In this document: positions 17,128 to 24,444 of the stretch, piece after piece
Layout of the letters: every line of letters begins with the position of its first letter
Position numbering within the stretch: the first letter of the stretch is position 1
NCBI RefSeq assembly: GCF_000354175.2
Contig: NC_022359.1
Location: forward strand, 1,620,001-1,652,000
DNA: 32,000 nt
Reading direction: 5' to 3'
DNA from: Vibrio alginolyticus NBRC 15630 = ATCC 17749
Lineage (GTDB): Bacteria; Pseudomonadota; Gammaproteobacteria; Enterobacterales; Vibrionaceae
Translations under genes and position numbers: made by a program
Notes under the pieces: model-generated
Database searches by the model: none
Seen by the model: the letters and a program-made list of their open reading frames with translations, nothing else
What the model was told of the DNA's origin: nothing

Positions 17128-18585
17128 TTAACCGATAAGAGCTGGAATGCCTGGAAGCTGACCAACAATAGCAAGGGAGCCTGCACAAACGATAAACGCA
17201 GTGCCAGGAATCAGATATTTATCTTTGCGCGATAGTTCGTTAGCACGCTCATGGTCGCCGATAAGCCCGAGGTTATCCAACAGCATCGTGATTGCCCAAC
17301 CGAAGACTGGATTAACGAATGCACAGGCAAAAATACAGATACCTGCACTGAGTGAATCTTTATGCTTATGGATCATCTGCATACCCGCTTCAAGGAGTGG
17401 TAAGAATACACCCACAATCAAAGCAACGCGCAGAACAGGTTCCCACATTGCTAGATCCATTGGGTAGCCAATTACCGCCGCCGCAATACACATGAAACCC
17501 GTCAACAGAGCGCCACCTGGAATAGGACGCTTGGCAATTGCGGCAGGAATCATGTACGTTCCCCAAGAAGAAGCTAGGTTTCCGCCCCCTAAGAGTGAAC
17601 CAACCCCCTGACGAACAGATGCTCCGACCATCGTGTCGTCGACATCCATGAGTACACCTTTCGCTTCTTTTGGGTAGTTAAGTTCTTGAAACACACGATG
17701 GCCGAGATAATCAGGGGACCACATAGCGACTGCCAGTAGAGCAAATGGAGTCACGGCAATAAAGTGCTCTAGGGTTGGCCAGCCTAGCTGCCAGCCTGTA
17801 TCTTCACCCCACCAGTAGAATGGACTGAAATTAGGCAGGCCCGGTTCTGTGGTAAAGGCAAACTCAGCGCCCATCAAATAAGCAACAATACCCGCGAGTG
17901 CAGAGCACAATGGGATAGCGAGCCAACGTTTATTGATCTTGGCTAAGTAAGCGTAAACCATAACGGTTAGGCCTATGACCACAAACGAAATGTAACCTTG
18001 GTCCGTACTTGCAGCCCACGCTTCCGTCTTATTAATTTGCCCGAGCAACCCAACAGCACCAAGGTAGATCAACAACCCTCCTCGAACCCCGATACCAGTC
18101 AGAGTCATGAGTTTAGAGCCACCTTTGGTTAAGGCGAGAATTAACCCAAAAACACATACCATCAAACCTAGCGCGAGAGGGTGCCCTCCTGCAGCTGCAA
18201 TCATAGGAATCAGCGGTATCATTGGGCCATGGGTTCCCGCTAAGTTTGCATTCGGGTTTAGTATGGCAGAAAACAGGATGACGAACAGGGCTCCAGCGAT
18301 AAGTAATTCGTAACGCACGTTTTCTGCAATGAATTCCGGAGATAAACCAAACTGAGCAGCAAAAGCGGAAACCATGGCAGTGACCATAACCACTTTACCA
18401 ATGGTTGCTGCTAATGCCGGTACCCAGTCTTCGATTTCAATACTGTAATCACGTGAGGGCAAATGAATTCCCCAGCGACGGAAACTCATGACGGTTAAAT
18501 CATGATTTAGAAAGTCTTCTCGGTTTTCAAATTCATGCGGTTTTTTGCGCACATCCCTGTAAAAAGTCTTACTTTTGTCAGACAT
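17128..18585 (-). CDS. Polytopic inner-membrane permease of unknown substrate
   Basis: 485 aa with at least 10 hydrophobic spans rich in Gly/Ala/Pro, and a soluble N-terminal ~60 aa. From memory it resembles the uncharacterised DUF3360-type or NCS2/SulP-like permeases annotated in Vibrio; this is unverified. Confidence 0.7.
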   Translation of the reverse strand: MSDKSKTFYRDVRKKPHEFENREDFLNHDLTVMSFRRWGIHLPSRDYSIEIEDWVPALAATIGKVVMVTAMVSAFAAQFGLSPEFIAENVRYELLIAGALFVILFSAILNPNANLAGTHGPMIPLIPMIAAAGGHPLALGLMVCVFGLILALTKGGSKLMTLTGIGVRGGLLIYLGAVGLLGQINKTEAWAASTDQGYISFVVIGLTVMVYAYLAKINKRWLAIPLCSALAGIVAYLMGAEFAFTTEPGLPNFSPFYWWGEDTGWQLGWPTLEHFIAVTPFALLAVAMWSPDYLGHRVFQELNYPKEAKGVLMDVDDTMVGASVRQGVGSLLGGGNLASSWGTYMIPAAIAKRPIPGGALLTGFMCIAAAVIGYPMDLAMWEPVLRVALIVGVFLPLLEAGMQMIHKHKDSLSAGICIFACAFVNPVFGWAITMLLDNLGLIGDHERANELSRKDKYLIPGTAFIVCAGSLAIVGQLPGIPALIG

Positions 18586-19003
18586 TGAGTCATCCTTTTA
18601 TGTTTCAACGTTGAACTACGTCAACTAGAGTTTCGCTTGGTAGACAGGCCTTCGACCAATACGAGACAACACCCACATCAAACTTCTAGGCCATACTAAG
18701 AAAGCGGCATGAACCAATTTTGATTTTGATCTTATTAAGCATGTGTTGCTATGGGTAGGAATATTAGACATTAGTAAAAGAACAACAAAAATCTCACTTA
18801 TTACACAATAATTTAACATCGAGCTAGGACGCTTGAACTTTTATGAGTCATTTTTGAGCAGAGAGCCAAGTAGAACGGCTAATTCCGATTTATACTTTCA
18901 AGGTAGAGAGCACTGTGCTCGCATCCATCGCAAAGTAACTATCGATATCTCTACATTGTATACTTTGTTAAACTCCGCCCTTTAATGAGTAAGGCCCTTA
19001 AAA

Positions 19004-19420
19004 ATGATGACTGACGAAGAGAGAATCGAGCTGCAACAGAACAATCCACTGCACGGATTAAAGCTAGAGACTATGTTGCAAGAGTTAGTGGATTTTTACG
19101 GCTGGGACATTCTAGATACAGCAATGCGTTTTAATTGCTTTAACACTAAGCCTTCGATTGCAAGTAGCGTGAAGTATTTAAAGAAAACCGAATGGGCGAG
19201 AGAAAAATTAGAAAACTTTTACCTTTATCGCTTTAAGCGCATGCCACGCGCGAGCGAAGAAGAATACAACTTACCACCAAGAGCTCGTACCTTCCCTCAT
19301 GGCCTTGAACCTAAAGAGCCAATGCCGCTAACCGTTGACTCTATTCTTAAGTCACAAGCCAAAGCAGCGTCTGCATTTAAAAAGCGTTCACCTCGCGGAC
19401 GCCCTGCTCGTCGCCAATAA
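19004..19420 (+). CDS. VF530-family (DUF2132) putative DNA-binding protein with a basic C-terminal extension
   Basis: 138 aa. NPLHGLKLETMLQELVDFYGWDILDTAMRFNCFNTKPSIASSVKYLKKTEWAREKLENFYLY matches my recollection of the VF530 four-helix-bundle family. The tail ends KKRSPRGRPARRQ. Confidence 0.7.
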   Translation: MMTDEERIELQQNNPLHGLKLETMLQELVDFYGWDILDTAMRFNCFNTKPSIASSVKYLKKTEWAREKLENFYLYRFKRMPRASEEEYNLPPRARTFPHGLEPKEPMPLTVDSILKSQAKAASAFKKRSPRGRPARRQ

Positions 19421-19435
19421 CACTATCTTGAAAAG

Positions 19436-19480
19436 CAATAGAGCCCTACTGGTAGCTCCAGCAGGGCTCTATTGTTCTTT
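19436..19480. terminator. Hairpin terminator between the convergent VF530-like and helicase genes
   Basis: CAATAGAGCCCTACTGG (19436-19452) pairs with CCAGCAGGGCTCTATTG (19458-19474) with one mismatch. TTCTTT follows. Confidence 0.7.
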
Positions 19481-19571
19481 AAAGGAATGGCTAGAAGCGA
19501 AGACTCAAGCTAGTGAGCATTCCTTTTCTCTAACAACTCCCGTAAGTAAACTCACATGTGGTTTACGTTTT

Positions 19572-20822
19572 CTATTGATTACGCTTTTTCTTCTTTTTAC
19601 CCGTACCTGCCGGCTTCGCTCGCGGCTTCATTGGTAAAAAGTAGACTTCACTCTGATCGTCTTCCACTTCAAAACCGACTACCTGCTCGCGTTCAAGTTG
19701 GAACTTATTTTTCTTTTCTATCACTTTGAAATGGTGGTAGTCGTCGTAATCGATAAGAGATAACCCTAAACCTACTTCACCAGCACGACCACTACGACCG
19801 ATTCGATGCATATAATCAGCAGGGCTACGCGGAAGATCGAAGTTAATCACCACTGGAAGTTTTTCTATATCAAGGCCGCGTGCTGCGATATCGGTGGCAA
19901 TAAGAACTTGAATCTCGCCAGACTTAAAACCGTCAAGGACACGAGTACGAGCGCCCTGCCCTTTATCACCATGGAAAACTTCAGCGGTAATACCGCGTTT
20001 TGACAACTTTTGAGCTAAATGATTACAGGCATTCTTAGCATTCACAAAAATCAAAGTCTGTCGCCACTGATGCTGTTTGATTAAGTGCGCGAGTACCGCC
20101 GTCTTCTCACCTTTATTTACACTAAACACGCGCTGCACCAAAGTGCTGGCTTCTGCGCTCTGCAACTGAACTTCAACAGGGTCGCGGAGCAACTGCTGAG
20201 CCAGCGTCGTGACTTTATCAGGGAAAGTAGCAGAAAATAACAGCGTCTGTTTCTTCTCTGGTAGTAACGCAAGAATCTTATTCAGTTCTTCGGTAAATCC
20301 GAGGCTCAACATTCGGTCGGCTTCGTCAAGGACGAGCGTTTCTACTTGGTTCAACTTAATCGCGTTACTGGATACCAGATCAAGTAATCGACCCGGCGTA
20401 GCTACGATAATGTCACAGCCACCGCGAAGCGCTAGCATTTGTGGGTTCACCGATACACCACCAAATACGGCAACCGTTTTGATCTTATCTCTAAGATGGT
20501 ATGAGTAAGATTTGACGTTGTACGCCACCTGTGATGCCAACTCACGAGTTGGAACTAAAATCAGGTGAGAAACGAAGTTACCACGGCGATTGTTTGATCC
20601 GTCTTGCTGAACAATTTTTTGCAGGATTGGCAGCGAAAAAGCAGCGGTTTTACCAGAACCCGTATTGGCACCACCAATAATATCTTTCCCTTCAAGGATA
20701 TCAGGAATAGCACGGGATTGAATGGGCGTCGGTTGGCTGTATTCTAACGCTTCTAGTCGCTCGACTAAGGTTGGAATCAGGCCAAGATCGGCAAATGTCG
20801 CTTGCTGTGTTTTATCTGTCAT
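19572..20822 (-). CDS. ATP-dependent DEAD-box RNA helicase (second RhlE-like paralogue)
   Basis: 416 aa. Q-motif TFADLGL...PTPIQSRAIP, then ANTGSGKTAAF, PTRELA, DEAD (VLDEADRML), SAT, HRIGRSGRAG, and a Lys-rich tail GTGKKKKKRNQ. Confidence 0.9.
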   Translation of the reverse strand: MTDKTQQATFADLGLIPTLVERLEALEYSQPTPIQSRAIPDILEGKDIIGGANTGSGKTAAFSLPILQKIVQQDGSNNRRGNFVSHLILVPTRELASQVAYNVKSYSYHLRDKIKTVAVFGGVSVNPQMLALRGGCDIIVATPGRLLDLVSSNAIKLNQVETLVLDEADRMLSLGFTEELNKILALLPEKKQTLLFSATFPDKVTTLAQQLLRDPVEVQLQSAEASTLVQRVFSVNKGEKTAVLAHLIKQHQWRQTLIFVNAKNACNHLAQKLSKRGITAEVFHGDKGQGARTRVLDGFKSGEIQVLIATDIAARGLDIEKLPVVINFDLPRSPADYMHRIGRSGRAGEVGLGLSLIDYDDYHHFKVIEKKNKFQLEREQVVGFEVEDDQSEVYFLPMKPRAKPAGTGKKKKKRNQ

Positions 20823-21215
20823 TACGATGAGTGGCTCAGTGCTAGTAAAGGCCGTGTATCTTATGCTATTTCGCGTCTGGATGTTAGAGATAATGGCCCA
20901 AACAGAAGATTGGTGAAAGAAGCACTATAGAGTTCAGGAATTTCCTTTCACTAACATGAGTTAACGGTTTCGATAACCAATACTCTACGACCAAGATGGT
21001 AGCGTTCGCGACAAGCAAAGGGAAAAGGAGTCAGGCACTCTGACTCCTGTAAAGCAAAATACAGCTTGAGAAAACCCTATAGCTTATAATTGGACAAAAA
21101 TGCGTTACGACAAATAGAATATTAGCAACTAATGGATAACTTCAAGTATTGAGAGCTAGCGCATGACATGTACATACGCTAGCAGGGTGCTTGTACCAAG
21201 AGCTTGAAAGATGAT

Positions 21216-21686
21216 TTAATCGCACGAACTAGGGTCTAAAACATACGTCCGACTTGAGGATTTTAATGTAAGTTCTTGTTCAGAAGTACATTCAATATAG
21301 TCATATTGCTTTATTTTTTCTCTCGTGTTGTTATCTAACCATATGGCAGAGGCAATAGAACTTAATACTATTATCGCTATAGAATATAGCCCTGTTTTTG
21401 TCGAAAATGGTACTTTTAGTAATAGTTCTGTTGACCTGTGTAGCATAGCTATGGGAATGATCGCTATAAAACCAAATATTAGAAGGCCTACAAAAGAAGC
21501 AACATTGTTCACTAAACCTGCTAGTTTTACTTTAGGAATGATACCGATTGAGTTGTTAATGCTAATTAACTCATTAATTGAGCTGTAGCTCAACCACACC
21601 ATAAAAACCATAAGAGGCCAACTAGCCATCACTTTAAGCCAACGCTTTATCTTTAGTCTTCGGTTAAATTTTTCATTAGAAATCAT
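21216..21686 (-). CDS. Small three-TM membrane protein; putative immunity protein for the upstream toxin-like gene
   Basis: 156 aa. Hydrophobic spans: WLKVMASWPLMVFMVWLSYSSI, VASFVGLLIFGFIAIIPIAML, LYSIAIIVLSSIASAIWL. The C-terminus is soluble. Its ATG (21686) overlaps the upstream stop (21676-21678) by 11 nt. The gene is visibly AT-rich: about 30% GC on a hand-counted 60-nt line, against about 45% in the neighbouring helicase gene. Confidence 0.45.
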   Translation of the reverse strand: MISNEKFNRRLKIKRWLKVMASWPLMVFMVWLSYSSINELISINNSIGIIPKVKLAGLVNNVASFVGLLIFGFIAIIPIAMLHRSTELLLKVPFSTKTGLYSIAIIVLSSIASAIWLDNNTREKIKQYDYIECTSEQELTLKSSSRTYVLDPSSCD

Positions 21687-22587
21687 TAATAGTTTTCTCT
21701 ACTTGATTCTTCATCGGTTCCGTGAATTTAAATTGGTCATCTAGTTTAGATATTTCCTTTCCTACAATAAACGCAGTAACAGCGAAAATACCAAGTGTTA
21801 GAGCGGTTGGCACAACAAGTACCGTACTTAATGTTGCGACTCCCAGAATAGTTATTCCTTGAGCGATAACTCCTGCGGCAATGCCCTTAGATATATCCGC
21901 TGTAAATTGGCCGACCACTTCACCTAGCGTTTTTTCATCATGTAGAATGTAGTCAACCGCATTAACCGCACCACTAAACACAAGTTCAACATAGATGTTG
22001 CCTTTCAAGAAACTGACATTGCCTTGAACAGTATTTAGAGCATGACCAATTTTAAGCATTTGTGGTGTTGCTTCTTGCCAACGGATACCTAGGTCTAAAT
22101 ATTTAGGCTTGTAGTTCTCAACCACAATATTCATTACACCATTGATATTGACAGCTTTAGCGGTTGCCCCCCAAGCGCCAAGCTCTTTAGCGACCTCATA
22201 AGCGCCTTTAAGCCCCATGCCTACGCCAGTGTAGTCCTTGCCGTTCGAAAGTTGTCCATGCGAGTCTTTGATGAGCAAGTCTAAATACTCGTTACCTTCT
22301 TCAACAGTCAGTACCGCAATACTCACGTTCTCTTGTTGAGAGGTGTCCCACTGATATTCTTTAGCTTGCTTTTGTAAATCATCGTTCCATTCTTTTTCTG
22401 TTAGGTCGTAAGCTTGTTGGTCCGCTTTGCGTTCAGCAAGAACGCGCTCTCTATTTTCAGTCCATCGTTTCTCATCGCTCGCGGTAGATCTCAGCTCTTC
22501 CTGACGTTCTCGGCGTTGACGTGCTGCTCGTTCTCTAGTGGTTTCTTGTCTTTCTTCTGGGGCTACAGGAGAGGATTCATATCTCAT
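21676..22587 (-). CDS. Putative membrane pore-forming toxin with a colicin channel-domain-like C-terminus
   Basis: 303 aa. The N-terminal ~80 aa are a highly charged R/E/Q-rich coil (ERQETTRERAARQRRERQEELR...). The C-terminus has an uninterrupted ~42-aa G/A/V/T/I hydrophobic hairpin, GIAAGVIAQGITILGVATLSTVLVVPTALTLGIFAVTAFIVG, followed by KEISKLDDQF. By eye this parallels the colicin A helix 8-9 hairpin GIASSVALGIFSATLGAYALSLGVPAIAVGIAGILLAAVVGALIDDKF. An in-frame TGA 48 nt upstream of the ATG excludes a longer N-terminus. Confidence 0.4.
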   Translation of the reverse strand: MRYESSPVAPEERQETTRERAARQRRERQEELRSTASDEKRWTENRERVLAERKADQQAYDLTEKEWNDDLQKQAKEYQWDTSQQENVSIAVLTVEEGNEYLDLLIKDSHGQLSNGKDYTGVGMGLKGAYEVAKELGAWGATAKAVNINGVMNIVVENYKPKYLDLGIRWQEATPQMLKIGHALNTVQGNVSFLKGNIYVELVFSGAVNAVDYILHDEKTLGEVVGQFTADISKGIAAGVIAQGITILGVATLSTVLVVPTALTLGIFAVTAFIVGKEISKLDDQFKFTEPMKNQVEKTINDF

Positions 22588-22907
22588 GGGAGTCGGTTTT
22601 ACTGATAAATAAAAAGGATAATAACAATATTTTCAGTGATTTATCATCCCCAACAAGATTGCATGATGATTTAACCAATTAAATAGGCAGTTTGACTAAT
22701 CAAACAAGCACAATGAAGGCTCAATAGTGTTGAGTTACATTCAATCGGATAACTTTTCGTAGGGTAAAACGTACGAACCAAATTTTGTAGAGTATTTATT
22801 CCAGTTCTTTTTTGGGGCAATAAAGAGTTAGCCTAACGGTCTGGCTCTTTTGAATGAAAAAATAGTCTGGTGGGAGAACTTGTAAGTCTGTGGCAGGTTA
22901 CACTCAC

Positions 22908-23168
22908 TTACTCCTTAGGCAGGTGACCAGTTTCCTTCGCTAGCTTTTGCATCGCCTCGGCAAACGTTGTTGTCCCGCCTTTAGCTTTAACCTGTATTAC
23001 CTTATATCCCAACTTTTCCAACGCTTGGCGCTCTGCCAAAACAGCTTTGTCATCTTGCTGGCTACCTTGAGCTGGCTGATGAATGTAACATCCCTCTAGT
23101 TTACCATCTTCGACCAATTGGTGGTGTTTCAGTGCATCGATATCAAAATTCATAATAAGTCTTTTCAT
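22908..23168 (-). CDS. Hypothetical small soluble protein
   Basis: 86 aa (81 aa from the alternative ATG at 23153). It lies 25 nt downstream of the DUF3820-like gene on the same strand. The RBS is weak and I recognise no family. Confidence 0.35.
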   Translation of the reverse strand: MKRLIMNFDIDALKHHQLVEDGKLEGCYIHQPAQGSQQDDKAVLAERQALEKLGYKVIQVKAKGGTTTFAEAMQKLAKETGHLPKE

Positions 23169-23193
23169 TAAGAGTGGGAGTTTCTGTGGCTAG

Positions 23194-23409
23194 TTACATA
23201 CGCTTCAAAGGCTTCACGACACTATCTAAGCCTTCAATTTTGAGCGCTAAACATAGCTTGAGCAAATCCCCTAGCTCGCCGCTTGGCCAGCCCTTTTTAT
23301 CAAACCACAGTAAGTATTCTTCAGGCAGGTCGATTAACACTCGCCCTGCATATTTCCCAAATGGCATTTGCATTCTAGCGAGTTTAATGAGGTTTTCTTT
23401 TTCTAACAT
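23194..23409 (-). CDS. DUF3820-family small protein
   Basis: The track ORF starts at TTG 23472; it is trimmed here to the ATG at 23409 (MLEKENLIKLARMQMPFGKYAGRVLIDLPEEYLLWFDKKGWPSGELGDLL...). The MPFGKY.G..L.DLPE.YL.WF motif is what I recall for DUF3820 proteins of ~70 aa. Confidence 0.65.
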   Translation of the reverse strand: MLEKENLIKLARMQMPFGKYAGRVLIDLPEEYLLWFDKKGWPSGELGDLLKLCLALKIEGLDSVVKPLKRM

Positions 23410-23553
23410 AAGTGACAGAGAGTTAAGGTAACTCGCCCAAGGGTAACACTGGTTCTCCCTCCTCACCAGCAAATCGCAGTCACGTTTATTTTTGGCGGCC
23501 TTGACTCGCTTTATGCTAGAGTACGCGGCATAAAAAATGAGAACGAGAAAGCA

Positions 23554-23862
23554 ATGAAGTCACCTTGTCGAGCAGCATGTAAAAATAACGCCGGAATATG
23601 CTCTGGTTGTCACCGAACGATGGATGAAATCATCCAATGGAAAGACAAAACCGATCTCCAACGAGATGCGATTATCGAACAAATCGCAGGAGAAGATTCA
23701 ACGCACAGTTGTCCAGAATGCGGGACTCAAGCCCATTGTGATATCGCCGCAGGCAAAGAGACATGCTGGTGCTTTACTATTGAAACCCGTAATTTACCCA
23801 AGCCAAGCGCTAACCAGCTGTGTTTGTGCCGAAAATGTCTAGAAAAAAAGCCAGTCGCGTAA
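23554..23862 (+). CDS. Cysteine-rich protein: DUF1289-like N-terminus fused to a CWC-type Cys-rich C-terminus
   Basis: 102 aa. SPCRAACKNNAGICSGCHRTMDEIIQW fits the SPC-x3-C-x6-C-x-GC-x-RT-x2-EI-x2-W pattern of DUF1289. CPECGTQAHCDIAAGKETCWCF...CLCRKCL fits the cysteine-rich CWC pattern. Family names are from memory. Confidence 0.7.
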   Translation: MKSPCRAACKNNAGICSGCHRTMDEIIQWKDKTDLQRDAIIEQIAGEDSTHSCPECGTQAHCDIAAGKETCWCFTIETRNLPKPSANQLCLCRKCLEKKPVA

Positions 23863-23900
23863 TACGACTGGCTTACTGATCATCGTTTTCTGACTGGTGT

Positions 23901-24245
23901 TTATTTAGCGGTTAAAGCGGACGCTTCAAACTTAATGCCTTCCCACCCTGTCACCATAAAATTACGAATATTCTGGTGATCGCTGTTCTCTGGATGCTGC
24001 AATACATCTTCACGATAAAAACGGCCAAAGCAGGCTAGCGTCGCTTCTTTGTCTAGGTTGTTTAGCAAACCGAAAGCGAAGATCTTACACGAACCGTTGT
24101 TCTCGCCTGCATTGTTTTGTGTCTCACCATTTACAAAAGCGGTTGGCTCAAACGTATAGTTATCTTCGATCACCGCCATCGTTGCTTCAAATTCGACCTG
24201 CTCTGGTGACGCTGCCAATAAATCTAAAAACGATTTTAATTCCAT
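23901..24245 (-). CDS. HopJ-family protein (type III effector HopPmaJ-like; function unknown in non-pathogens)
   Basis: 114 aa. The stretches ...VEFEATMAVIEDNYTFEPTAFVNGETQNNAGENNGSCKIFAFG...HPENSDHQNIRNFMVTGWEGIKFEASAL match my recollection of the HopJ family. Confidence 0.7.
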   Translation of the reverse strand: MELKSFLDLLAASPEQVEFEATMAVIEDNYTFEPTAFVNGETQNNAGENNGSCKIFAFGLLNNLDKEATLACFGRFYREDVLQHPENSDHQNIRNFMVTGWEGIKFEASALTAK

Positions 24246-24444
24246 TATTCCTCTATCCCTACTTCATCATATTGATGACACATTAGTTTCATAAAAAGCC
24301 AATATAAGAGTCATCAATCATACATATATTCAGAGCCTTACCAAATCACACGTCATTCAGCGCTCTATCATTCCAGTTGCGGAAATGGACAGCAGCATAA
24401 AACCCATGCTGATTGACAACCTATCGGATTGATAAGGAGATATC

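Noticed and set aside
18586-19003. 418-bp intergenic region, including track ORF 18625-18819 (-) and isolated CTAG half-sites (for example AACTAGAG near 18614)
   Set aside because: The ORF has an implausible composition and no RBS. The CTAG motifs are single half-sites without the N4-spaced partner, so no TrpR link to the permease can be claimed.
10038-20822. The two helicase genes as possible defence-system components
   Set aside because: Both are canonical housekeeping DEAD-box RNA helicases with a Q motif, DEAD, SAT, HRIGRxGR and a basic tail. Each is monocistronic, with no nuclease, methylase or other defence partners.
24380-24420. Possible Pho box upstream of the choice-of-anchor-I/alkaline-phosphatase-like lipoprotein (GGACAGCAGCATAAAACCCATGCTGATTGACAAC)
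   Set aside because: CTGTC-like elements are present on the reverse strand, but they do not form two 7-bp direct repeats with 11-bp periodicity as in the CTGTCAT-N4-CTGTCAT consensus.
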